Both the position numbers and the translations under genes were made by a program. From Styela clava (taxonomy: Eukaryota), in NCBI RefSeq assembly GCF_964204865.1, contig NC_135263.1:18228001-18292000 (forward strand): 64,000 nucleotides of DNA. The letters run 5' to 3'. The notes under the pieces are model-generated. The model ran no database searches. It worked only from the letters and a program-made list of their open reading frames with translations, and had not been told where the DNA came from. This document shows, in pieces, positions 11,701-24,600 of this stretch (position 1 is its first letter; the number at the start of each line of letters is the position of its first letter).

Positions 11701-14700
11701 TAAGGCCGACTTGTGGTCACAAATGTCTATTGCTTTGCCATCCAGGTAACTACTCAAAAGCTTGTGATGATCTGTTTTGAAAATAAAATTGTGATAATAT
11801 GCTCCTTGCTCATACTATAGTGGGTGGCCGACCTACTTTCGACCACGGTCGATTAAAATCTTCAAAATAGCTCACGATCTACTGATCGGTAATACGTTCA
11901 TAAAGAAAAAACAAATGGGTACTGAATATGTGAATCACTGCACAGTGCACACACACATATAAAAATTCCACCGTTTCCAATAAGCTCTGTGTGTGCATTC
12001 TTAATGGAATCGACACAAAATTAGTATTTTATATACTGTATGTTTATATTGTATTTTGCGCATGTACACAACGGCTTCAAGGCAATTTTTTTGGGTTATG
12101 TTATTAAATCCACTCAATAGACGCGATCGACATCATAATTTTTTTTATACTACTGATAATCACAAATCCAAGTTCCAACTTATTTCATTGTGATTCATTA
12201 TGTGCATATATGTGATGAGCATGCATCAAAAGTATATAGACCACTGAGAATAATTATAAAAGGTGTTTTTCAGAATAAAATAAAATTCAAATTATTTGAG
12301 ACTAAAATTTCAGTTCATTTCTATAATGTATTTACTTTTAATTGATTTATTATGTAAATACATGGCTTAGTGCAAAAATAATAGTGTTATTTAAACATTC
12401 GTGTAATCTATCCAAGGTCCGTGTCCTCCTTGCCCCAAAATGGTCAAGACAAGTTGCTATTGTGGGAAGAAACCTCAAACTGTAAGAAGGTGCGGAGCTG
12501 CTTCATGGTCTTGTGGGCAACAATGTACCAAACTGCTGAGCTGTGGAAAACATAATTGCAAGGTGTGTTTTGGAAGAAATATTCCTAAATGCTGCAAGTA
12601 GACCTTGATGTAAATCTGAAATCTCTGCTCGTTTGGAGCCTTGTTCATAGTAATTATGAGAAATTTCTTCTTCGTTTTAATAAAAAAAGTTGTATAGTTT
12701 GTTATATACAGAAGAAAATTTATTCAATGCAGATTCATGTACCCTTACTCTAAAGATAGATCTGATCTTTAAGGAGACGACTGAAGTGCCTGAAATTAAT
12801 GAAACTATAAGAAATTATACCGTTAGATAGCGCACTAGTAAATAGGCTACCGTTTGATGCGTTAAGTTGAAGAAGTTCAGGTTCAGGTCACCATTTGCAA
12901 ACCAATGTGTGGTATAGTTATAAATAAGTGTACAGTTGAATCTTAAATCCGAGCATTTTTCTTGATAAGGATAATTGCCATGAAGGCATTTGCGCAACTT
13001 GTCCACACACAAGTCTTCAATCTTGTACTTGCGGGAAACACAAAGAGGAAAGACCTTGCTCTGATCCTAGGTGGAAATGCTCTGATGAATGCAATAAACT
13101 ACTTTCATGTGGAATTCACAAATGTGATAAGGTTTGTATGCGAGTTTATTATTTCAGGCTTTTTAATTCATTAACTGTATATGAATTGCATCCAGATGAT
13201 TACATCGTATTTCGGTATTTTTTTTTCAATGTTCAGTGAATTCGAACTGGTAATCGATCTAGATTCAAACAGTTATTCTATTAAAATTTTTCTTCATTTT
13301 GATTAATCCATTGATTGACTTTACAAATTACAATCATGTTAATTCTTTGTAGTTATTTCTGTTGTTACTTCTTGTAGCATTCCTGTTTCTATATTGTCGG
13401 TAAAACATCATTATTTTTTTTCTAGGTCTGCCATACTGGAAATTGTGGGAATTGCCCTAGGTCAGGCTGGAGGACATGTCCCTGTGGTAAAAGCAATACC
13501 AACGATCTTCCATGTTCAGAGGATGTTCCTACATGCAATGATACATGTGGCAAAAGTCGTGGATGCTACGGAGGACACAAATGTACACGAAGATGCCATT
13601 ATGGCAGTTGCGGACCTGTAATTATTTTTCTCAACTAATTGAATCATTGTGTTCGCTTTGTAAACAGTCTCTCAAATCTCTTTAGTGTTCGGTTGTCATT
13701 GAAAAGCAATGCAGATGTGGGAAGAGAAAAAAAGAAATGCCTTGTCATAAAGAATTCACATGTGACATGAAATGTCAAAAAATGAGAGATTGTGGAAATC
13801 ATCAATGCAAAAGAAAGGTACAAATTTCTAGAACGTGTTTGCAAATGTAGTTTAATGAAAATAACAATCCTATTAGACCCAGATGTTCTAGAATTTGTTT
13901 TCATTGAATATCATTCATGATTGGACAATGTTCAATTGATGACCTTCATTTCTCTCAGATATACTCTTAATACACCCCAAGTTTAAACTTCTCTATTATA
14001 TTATAAAATGATTTAATAACCTTTTTTCTCTCTCAACCTCAAATTTAAACTGAATTTCAATTATATGGGACTTCTACTAGAAATCAGCATAGAAGCAGTT
14101 ATCCATAATGGTATGTTAAAGTATATCACTTCAATAATTTTATATATACCATTTATACCAAACTGGGCACATCACTCGTGACGCCATGCTGTATGTTTTC
14201 AATTGGAATAAACTTCAAACATAAGAACAATATCCCGGAAATATTTTTCAGTGTTGTGAGGGTGATTGTCCAAGATGTGAACAAGTTTGTGGACGTATGT
14301 TACAATGCAAACGACACAAGTGTCAGTCAAATTGTCACCGAGGTCCTTGCTATCCATGCATTTTAACATCTCGTGTCACGTGCAATTGTGGCAGTACAGG
14401 GATTACTGTTGTATGTGGCAAGGAAAAAACAACAAAACCGCCAAGGTACTACTACTACTCATATAAAATAATATGCAGTAATATGCAAACTTAACATAAA
14501 TAATGTGCCAGAATAGACCTGGGCTTCATAAGCAGCGTCTGCCTCCTTATCATACAATAGCCTATAAGGTTACCAATATAAACAATGAATAATTGTGAAT
14601 TCGTCCTACTGGCACTGATATTTACATGCCTCTTTATCATACAATATAACGGTTACCAATATAATTAATGAATAATTGTGAATTCGTCATACTGGCACTG

Positions 14701-17700
14701 ATAAATTTTTAGTGTTTTCATTGTGTTTCCCGGTAACGTATTATTCTTTATGTGTTGTATAGTTATGTTTCATACTTTTTAAAGCCTTTTATAAAATATC
14801 ACAAAAATAATTATTGTATATTGTGGAAAATTCTGTGATATAAAGCCTTCGGGGTGGGGAGGGAACCTTGTTAAATTTATAAGATCATCATAGGCCATTT
14901 TACGCAGATATATCGTCTGACAATTCTATTTTTCATTGCACTAATCAATTCTCTTACTTATTTTTAGGTGTAAGAAACCGTGTAAGATTCCATCATCTTG
15001 CCATCACCCCACAAGACGACCACATAACTGTCATTTTGGTCCGTGCAAAAGATGTACGCAGGTAATTGCATTTGCATGTTTGATCTAAATAAAGCAGTGG
15101 ACATGCAGAATTAAAGGTATATTTTTGCATTAGTTTGAAAAATATTTGCATATACCGGTATATATATTTATATTGCACATAATTCAATTGCAATATTTTG
15201 AGACTTTAGTTATAATTGCATTATACATTTTCCTGACAATGATTAGATCACATATATATATTTATTATTTTCATTCTGTCTCTTTTTTCCATCTACTCCT
15301 CCATACATTCGATTATTTTGATCTTTTTTCGAAATACTGGTAATTGTTGGAATTGTTCTTGGAATGATTTGAAATATCTTACCAGTTGATCTTCACTATC
15401 AACATGTGAAAAAATCTACTTGCATTTCTAGGTTTGCAGTATTGTGATGAAATGTGGACATTCCTGCCCTGCTGATTGCCACGATGAAGTTTTAGTGAAA
15501 AATGAGGTAATTTCGGCATTTCAAAGGTCATTTTAGAGAGTGAATTGTTGATAGTAATATAATTTCATGGTCTGTTTTTTTAAGCAGGTCAAAGCAGCCG
15601 GACCGTGGGAATTGCCTTATCAATCTGAAACAACTATTAAGTGCATACCTTGTCCTCCTTGTAAGTCTCCTGTTCCCAAAGTTTGTCTCGGAGATCATGA
15701 AAGGTCTAATTTGCCATGTTTCGAAGCAAGGAGGTATTGCTGTGGCCGGAAATGTGGTCGTCTCTTAAAATGTGGAAATCATACATGTTCTCTCTTATGT
15801 CACACAGTGGAGGGTTCCTTAGATCAGAAAATGGTAAGATGTTATTCTCAAAATCAATTATAATAACTATCAGCAACAATCATACTTACATTGTCATTCA
15901 GACGTTATACATATCCAATTTTTTTTATCATTTTTCAATTTTCCAGTTGGAACTTTTATAAAAACATTTTTACATTTTTTGCAGGCTGGTAAGAATTGTG
16001 CTGCATGTGAAGAGCCATGTACAAAACCTCGGCCAGAAGGCTGCATTCACTCGTGTTCACAGCCTTGTCATTCTAACCCCTGTGAACCTTGTAAAAAACG
16101 TATCAGAAAAAGATGTCACTGTGGCCTTGTTATATTACATCACCTTTGCAGGTTTATTTTTGTTAATAAGTTAACATGATAAAATTCTGTCATTCACTTA
16201 CTTTTATGGAGTGTGGAAAGTGTTTGGCAAACATTGTTTTTTGGGTACTCCTGTAGTATGTGTACCAGGTGAGGGTTAAGCTATAATTCTATTATGATTT
16301 TTCCTAATTTAGTTCTACTAGGAGTCTGGGACAGTCTGTGTTAGCCAAGTGAATATACCCCCTGCCCATAGGCTTCGGTCCCTTTCACAACCTCATATAA
16401 TGTAGGCGAACTAAATTACTTACCCCATATAGGTATACATACTTCTGGAGCACCGTTTTTTGTTTGAATCATGATCACAACTAAAGATTTCCACTCAGTG
16501 GCCTGGTTTTCAACTTTGTAGCAAAGAAATATGATTGCACTCAAAATGTTGAACAAAACTTCAGCGTAACTGAAAGGGGATTCTATCCAGAAATATAGGA
16601 ATCACCTGTCAAAGCTTTCAATACAATAAACAAGTTATTCTAACGAAGCAAAAACGATTATTTTAAAATCAGTGGTGAACAATTTAATTCGTCTATTTTA
16701 TATCACTATTTTATCATATGGTATAGGAAACAACTTTCATTTTTCAAGGAGTACCTATTTGCCCGAGTTAGCTGAACTAAAATATGTTATTGTAATTTTC
16801 TCATTGCATTTTTAATATATCTTTTTTCTTTGCAGTGAATGGACAGCTGCCGATGACCTTACGAAACTTGAGATTGAGTCTTGTGGCAATAACTGTCCCA
16901 AACCATTATCATGCGATCATTATTGCACAAAGCTCTGCCACCCAGGACCTTGCCCTGGTCCAGAAACATGTACCAAGAAAATGATTATCAAATGTCCGTG
17001 CAAACGAAGAAAAAAGGTTTATTTTTAGATTCACATTACGATAAATCAAAATTTTTGTGAAGAAAGATTTTTTAACCTGAAGCCATCTTAAAACTGACAA
17101 TCTTTCTTTTTTGTTCCTTTTCTTTTTCATTTGTAAATAATTCACAGCAACGCAGTGCACAACTTTCTTCCACTTCTAACAAAAGTGCTGCATTGACAAA
17201 TGTTTTGTGTTATGGTCGTATGGTTGGGAAGCGATTGTTCATTCTGGCTATAAAAGATGATGATGTGACAGCATCGTAAACATTTATATCGCTTATTGTA
17301 CTTCAATGGAGCTTGACAATATTAACAATTTAATTCCTTATGATTTGGTTTCTGCGAGACTAACTACTTATGCTTCTTCTATGTTTTTGTGCCGGTGGAT
17401 CCGTATGCATATAATACAAAGATGCTGTAGCAAGAGTAAGGATAACTATCCTAATAACAATAATATGTTGTGTTTTGGTGTTATAGTTGCAAAATTTTGC
17501 TGAGTTTCATATTTTTAAAAATGTGGAAGAAATAACAACTCGTAAAAAAATGTGACTATCATTGATGAAATAATTGCAATGATCTTTACAAAAAAAGTTG
17601 CTGTATAATAACCATATAGTTTTCATACTGAATTAAGCTCAATTGTTGAGGTATATGTTATAATACCACTCAGAACATGATCGACTTTTTCATTTGATTA

Positions 17701-18572
17701 TAAAATCTATTGACTGGTCTTCTTGATATTTTGGTGACAGATGTTTTCTTTTTCAGGATTTTGTTTGTCCAGAAGTTCGAAATGGAGCAAAAGTGGAATG
17801 TGATTCAGTGTGTGAAGAAATAAAAGCAAAGTCAAATGCGGTATTTTTAACTAAAGATTTTGTTTAAGCATTTATTTGTAAATAAATGAGGAATCTGGAT
17901 CGAAACAACTGAGGTCGAGGTGCAGAGCTTCTGTTTTAATCAAACCTGGGGTTGTGTGTCTAGCATTATATTTGAGTTGTGGTAGTATATACCCCCATTT
18001 ATTCATTGTTGTTTGTTGATCTAGGTCGGTGTTGCTAGTATCTTCTATCTCAATTTTATCATTTTCAATTACATAGGTACCCGCTATGTTTTTGAAAACT
18101 CCAGCTGAATTTGTCACTTGCATGCGTCACTAGAAACGACGTCGTTTTAGGTCAATATTTTAAATCTTCGTTTTCGGGTCAGCGTATAGTCTACCCAATT
18201 ATGAAAAGTATGATATAATCAATCTCCCATATCTTATTTGTCTGCTTACATTTCTGTGGTGTTTGGGACATTTTTTATTTATAATACTTGCGCGTTAAGT
18301 ACAATTTTGAATAATTTTTGTAGGAAAAGGAGGAGAAATTGAGACAAAAAAAAGATGAAGAGGCCAGAATTCGGCAAATAGAATTAGAGAAATTCGATCG
18401 AAGAATGCAAAAAACCTCAAAATCTCGCAGACGAAGAAAGTTGTCTGATCAAGTCGATGATGATAGCAACTCATCTATCATTAGAAACAAATATTTTCAA
18501 ATACCGATGTTCCTCATTGTGATATCTGTTTTAGTTGCTTTTGCATATAATCTAGTTTTGCAATCCAAATGA
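8732..18572 (+). CDS. NFXL1: NF-X1-type zinc finger protein NFXL1 (~18 exons)
   Basis: Starts [27 protein letters not shown] exons ([42 protein letters not shown]), [10 protein letters not shown], many NF-X1 Cys/His repeats, then a coiled coil and C-terminal TM helix (18323-18572). Approximate exons: 8732-8825, 9750-9822, 10200-10305, 10633-10760, 10885-11027, 11579-11745, 12418-12562, 12969-13131, 13426-13617, 13686-13817, 14252-14445, 14968-15061, 15432-15506, 15588-15833, 15984-16151, 16836-17016, 17757-17840, 18323-18572. Confidence 0.93.
8882..9328. mobile_element. MITE with long TIRs and 8-bp TSD (Merlin- or Mutator-like) in NFXL1 intron 1
   Basis: GGGTCTCCTGAAGTA.GCGCCGCAGGTACTTC inverted ends (~100 bp); TSD TATTTCTG at 8874-8881 and 9329-9336. 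Confidence 0.88.
11200..11378 (+). mobile_element. Partial copy of the 16244-16454 MITE family
   Basis: Shares CAAGTGAATATACCCCCTGCCCATAGG core. Confidence 0.75.
14540..14702. repeat. ~87-bp diverged tandem duplication in an NFXL1 intron
   Basis: TTATCATACAATA..GGTTACCAATATAA..ATGAATAATTGTGAATTCGTC.TACTGGCACTGATA occurs twice. Confidence 0.85.
16244..16454 (+). mobile_element. 211-bp MITE with 8-bp TSD (Merlin-like GG termini)
   Basis: GGTACTCCTGTAGTATGT ... ACATACTTCTGGAGCACC, TSD GTTTTTTG. Relatives at 11200, 19250 and 59568. Confidence 0.85.
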
Positions 18573-19249
18573 TTTTCATTGTGTATTACTCAAATCGCTA
18601 ACTTGCATAGCGCAAACTTCTAAATTCTTTCAATCAATCAAACCTAACATAGGGTCAATCTACATAAAGTACATCAGCAGATGATGTCTGGTGACAAAGT
18701 AACAAGAAATATGTTTTATTTAGTGTTGTATTTTCTTTTCTCTGAAGTCAATTTATGTGTTATTTGAAGTTTAGTTCGTTGTATTGTTAATATATGGTGT
18801 TCACTATTTATCATAAAAGTGTAGTGTATTTCACGTGTGAATGGGGTGGCAATATAAATGCCCAAGGCTTAGCTGCCTCTGTATTTCATCTGGGAGAACT
18901 GAAACTGGCCAATTTTATACGCATTTGTATTTCTTGAATACCATCTAACTACCCTATAGAAGACGCATTTGCTTGAGCAGTTAGGAAGGCTATAACCTGT
19001 CCTTCGCATCATATCAACAAACATTTCAGTTTTCTTTCTGGAATGGTATGGAAATATGAGATAGATTTTGTATCCATCCCAGGTATGATTAAACTTATTC
19101 GTTACAGAAGCAGACCAACGGTCTATTTGGACCACCCTAGAAGATACCAGGGAGTCGAGGAATCCTCTGGTAGACGAGGTTCCCCCATAGCACGATGCTT
19201 TATGTAGAGCAAAATTTGGTTATTCTCATAGACAGTATTATTTATCACT

Positions 19250-19464
19250 TTGTATGTGTACCAAGTTAGGCCATAATGTTATTCCCGTTTTTTTTTATTT
19301 TAGTTCTATTACGAGTTCGGGAACTGTCTGTTTTAGCCAAGTGAATATACCCCTGCCCATAGGTTTCATTCCTATTACGCAACTTGATGTAAAGTAGGCG
19401 AACCATTGGAACAAAATTAGTTACCTCAGAATGGCACATTGGTACCCATACTTCTGGAGCGCCC
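19250..19464 (+). mobile_element. Copy of the 16244-16454 MITE family
   Basis: Same core, with right terminus CATACTTCTGGAGCGCC. Confidence 0.8.
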
Positions 19465-21633
19465 ATTTTTTCATGAAGACCTGAGCGGCCATTTTTTCAT
19501 GAAGACCTAAGGATTGCAGTAGTGTTGCCATTCTGACGCCAATACCATAAAATTACTGTGATCTCTCAAAAAGAACCTATGACAGACCGCATGTTAAAAA
19601 AATTGTAGGTTTCACGGCAACTAGAAAAACAATTGCTGTCGATCAGGTGCAAACTAGGTATGTTTAAACTTATTGTTTTCTCTGTGTACAGATCGAATAA
19701 CCTTTTCGGCTGCCTCATATTTGTATACACGCCCACAAACTCTCCCAATTACGACTGACCAAATATAAAATCTATGTAGGACCTACAAACCGGTTTTTCA
19801 GATTCAAAAAGCTTCCCCTACAATAAAAAGTGAATCAATCAGAACCAATTATCTCATTTTATCAACGAATAAAAACAACCAGAAAGTAACTGCTTGAATG
19901 ACGAATGGGGTATAATAGTCCATTAGCCAATTATGAATGCAGTACACTCCCTGATATTGAAAACAAAAAATGAAAATATTGTTACAATATGTACATAAAA
20001 ATATTATAATGGTCAGATGACGATATTAAAATATTGTTTAGAGAAAACAAAAGAAACTTTAGTAATAAAAACAAGGAACATGAGCTTTTGTTATTCTTAC
20101 ATTGACAACTGAATGTTTTCATTTATTTTTCACCAAAGAAATATGGAGGGGGGGAGGGTCATTTTTAAACAAAATGGCAGTAGTAATTAATTGCAATAAA
20201 ATATACCCAACTGATGGTGTATATGGTACTTAACGATTCAAATTGATTGCGAAACTTCAGTTAGCAAACAAATAGGTTTGATAAGATGTCATCACTTCCG
20301 GAAATTAACTGCAGTAAAATGACTGGGACTGGTCGGTTTTTCTTCATCAGGAACAAACAGAACCAACAACAATTCAAAATACAGAGTGTTCATCAATTTA
20401 GCTACAATTTCAAATTTTTTATAAAGCCAATTCTCAATATATGTTAACCAGGGTTGTTTTAAATTTAATCATTGCTCATTTATGTATTTTTAACTGCATT
20501 TAATGCTCCGGTAATGCCTGGCGGTGTCGATAAATTTCCTTCGCAATTTAAAGGTTTCATGAACACTCTGTATATTGGTATTGCTAAACACAAGAATGGA
20601 TATTATACCTAGAATCTTTCACTTGTCAGAAAATTTTCTGTACAGTATATTTTGCAGAGAAAGTAGTTTTGTTTTTCACATTTTTCATTCACGAAATGGA
20701 TAGAGGGATAGCAATTATATGTATTAAGAGATGCGCTATACCCTAATTTGAAAAATATGTTTACATATATATGTATATAAATAAAAAAAAACATGGTATA
20801 TCGGGGTAAAAAATTAATGAAATGGAAATACACTGTACATACTTTTATGTACATCAAAAATGATACACAGTACATTTAACAAAAAAAGAAATTAACATTT
20901 CAACCATGTAATGAAATTGTGTTTTAAAAATAAATGACAAAAAAATTTCTAACACATTGTATTCCAGGGAAAATGTGTAAATTTACATGTATTCCAAAGA
21001 TTTAGACCAAGTATGACCTGTTGATACTTCTTGAAATTTGAGAGTCCATCATAACAAACAAGAAAAACTAAATGTTGCATTTAAATTTATGATAGGATGA
21101 TGGAATCATTTTCATATTATGGTTCAAAACAACTTGAATAATAAATTCTTGTAAATATTTCGCCTTGAATTTTTTGCAAATTGAAATCAATGGATAAGTA
21201 ATCATATTTTTTTAAAGATTGGTAAGGTGTAAATTGTTGAAATAAGTTATCCTTATTTCAAATATGCCAACAGAATTGAAGGAATAACACAAATAAAATA
21301 CATGTCACATTATATCCATTTGGTTTCGGTTGAAAAAACCCTAGGCAATCATCATCAAAAATTGGTCAATGACCACAAACAAATGTTTAATAATAACAGT
21401 GTCATGAATGTCACAGTGAGAAATTCATCATCTGATCATCCCTGGTCAATAAAGTGGCAAAAAAGAGCCTCGAAACCAATGCTCTGCCAAGCATGATCAG
21501 ATGGCGAAGTCCTGGCTGATATATTTGACATTCTGAAACTTTTATCGATTGATTGCATTCACCATTTTTCTTCTGCTCATGGTTTACAATCATAAACCGA
21601 TGTGTAAAAGTAACCTGCATTGAAATGCCGATT

Positions 21634-24600
21634 TCAAACAGGTGCAGAAACCACAGGTGCAGGTGACATGGATGGTGTACTATTTGTAACATCAACCTCC
21701 ATCCCACTACTGCAGTCAGAGTTCTGCCTTTCGATTTGTGAGGGCATATCTTCACAAAGGTTCAACTCGAAATTTGCAAGTTTCGCTGCAGCACATTTTT
21801 CACAGACATAATCCAACTCTCTTGCTTCTTCAGGAGATACTGAAACACAGACACAGTGGAACCATCCCTCACATCCTCCATCACATTGTAACCAATCGAC
21901 TTCTTCCCCGGTTGGTTGTTGGCAAAACACTGAGCCACCAGTAGCTTCTTTAACGGCACAAAATGCATATTCATCGTCATCAAAAGCAACAAAAGTATCA
22001 AGAACGCTTTGCTTTCCTTCACTTTTTCTCTTCTTCTTCTTTTCATGTTTTTTATTGTCTTTTCCGGAGAATGGAGTCCCATCGGTGGAATTACGCTGTT
22101 TCTTTTTCCTTTTCTCAGCAAAGTTAGTTATGGCTACTTCCTCTTTCTTTTTCCGTTTTCTGTCGGCTTCTTTGTCAAGACCGTTAGATTTGAGTATTGT
22201 TTGGCTAGCTTCTGATTCACACAATTCTAAAAATTTTTCATCATTAATAGGTTGACTTGCCTGCAATATTTTCCATATCTGCTGAGTTTCATCCAAAGAA
22301 ACTTCCAGCAAATCTCCTTCCATCATCAACTCTTCCAGTATCGTTTTCATCTCATCTGGGAGATCAATAAGAGGACCTTTTAAAATTTCCTCAGTTTCCT
22401 TTCTGAGTTCTTTTACTTCTAAAGAAGGTTCATCAACTACTTCAGCTGAAGCAACATCCTCTTTGGTGGAAGTAATATCTTCAGAATGAACTGGATGAGG
22501 TGGTGTTTGTTCAGACTTTTCTTCTTTTGAAGTTTGTTCGTAATCAGAAACTGCAATTGGTTGTTCAATAGCATTATCTTTTTTGTGATTATCATCAACC
22601 TTATCCATGTCTTTTATGGATGGCTCATCAGTAGTGCTGGTAATAACCGCTTTCACTTCAGTATCCGGTTGATGCGACGGATTGTTTTCTATTTTTGAAG
22701 CTGGATTAGTGCTCTCTACTTCAGCATTGACTTGAGATTGGTGATGATTTGAAGCACATGCTATCATTGCCAAAACTTCTGCTGCCTCCATTACATCTTC
22801 TTGTTCAGTATCTGTCTTTGATGCAGCAGATAGAAGAGCATCAACACCTGAGGAATCTACAGTCCTTGTCTCTTCCTGTGGACATGATTTTCGAAGAACA
22901 CTATCAATTGTATCATTAATTGATTCAATTGAAGACATTCTTCTAGCAGTGGCAGATAAAGCTATTTCCGAGTTGTGTCCGTTTGTGAGGGAAATTTTAG
23001 GGACATCGGTTGAAATCTTTTTTTCTTGTTCCTGCCATAATTTTTCATTTTCTTTCATCTTCTTGTTTAGTTTTTTTATTATTGCTGCATACTCAGGGGC
23101 TTTTAAAATATCCCTTGCACGATCCTGCCAACTCATTGCACGTTCTGTCAAACACTGTAAAGCCTCACCTTCACGAATCCGAACAGGCAATTTCTGGAGT
23201 TGAAGCAAAAGAGATAAAATAACCTCTAACCGTGGTCTCCTTGAGCGATGACATAAAGGACATAAAAATTTTAGCTCATAGACCTGTTGTACTTTGCTTT
23301 TTTCTTTATTGAATTTAATCGGTGGCACACAAGAAGTATGAAACCAGTCATGACAGAGTTCACATTGAAGCATGAACCCGGATGATGGACGTTTGCAAAC
23401 ACAGTACGAGTCGTTTTCAGATTTGACTTCAATATTTGTAGGTGTTATTGTGCTCTTTCTATTGTTCCGCGATCTCATATCTTTCATGACTTCTAGTTCT
23501 TTTTCTTCCATGTCCTTGAACTTTGCTACTACCTCAGCTGGGTCAATAGGATTTTTTATATCAAAATTATCCGTTTTGGCCCATTTTTCAATCATTTGTT
23601 GCTGCTCTGTCTGTGCATCTTTGATTTTTCTTCGCATTGCTTTCAAGTTAGTCTGACCCCTATTTTCTGCAGAACGAGGACTCAATACTTCAAACAAAGA
23701 GAATATTGTGTTTTTCTTTAGGAAAGCTCGACAAGTTCTCTCTTTCCATTCTTGTGCTGCTTCAACTTGTGTGTTTAAAATTGGTAACTGAGACAGTTTG
23801 ACTTCCATAGAATTTGCTTGTAGAAGGAGAGCTTCCAAAACCTCAAGATATGGATAGTAATCCTGATTATGAATGGTATGCAACTTTTTCTCCCAAATGT
23901 TTGCTTTTTCAACCACTTCCTGTAGCTCAGCACAATGTATAAGTTGCACTGGAACATTTTGGGACTCGGATGTGATAACTTCTGCTGTTTTTAGACTGCC
24001 TTTTTCCTTCATTTCGAGAAAGCTTTTAGCCTTATCCTCCCATGCTTCTGAAAGATTGAGAAGTTCCTGCAACTCAGCCATTGCACGTTCAACAGCAGGC
24101 CTAGGTGACACAGACACTCCAGAATCTATCAACTTCCTTAATTGCTCCAATGTTATCAATGATGGTGGAGGATCACAATCATTTATTTCATCGTCCAAAA
24201 GGAGACAAGATCTGACTTCTTCTAACCACTTTGCTTGTTGTAGTGCGTGGTGTAGTAACGTCACCTGTGGAAGTTCCAGATCAAAATCTAGTGAATCCTC
24301 TATCAAAACAGCAATGTTATGACTGCAAGGTTCTTCCTCTTGCAGAATAATTTCAGTTTGAGTAACAAATTTTTCAATTCGCTTTATATAATCAGAAACC
24401 TGATCCAAGTTTGGAATTGTGCATGGTAAACCTAATAGTTGTAGATAAAAAGCCCTTATTTCTTCCAGCGTCAATAAACAAGTATTTGGATGAGTTATAA
24501 TACCAGCTGTGGAATGAATTTCTTTTTGCCTAGTCCTGTGCTTTCTAACCACAACAAGCTGTTGGGCAACTCGTGAACACTTTTCGGCTTCCCGTACAGC

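Noticed and set aside
17872-18123. 83-aa - strand ORF in an NFXL1 intron
   Set aside because: No recognisable motif; possibly a TE scrap.
18869-19135. 88-aa ORF faintly resembling a DIRS methyltransferase-like domain (DRW..NK..W..Y..FP)
   Set aside because: Similarity too weak to call without a profile search.
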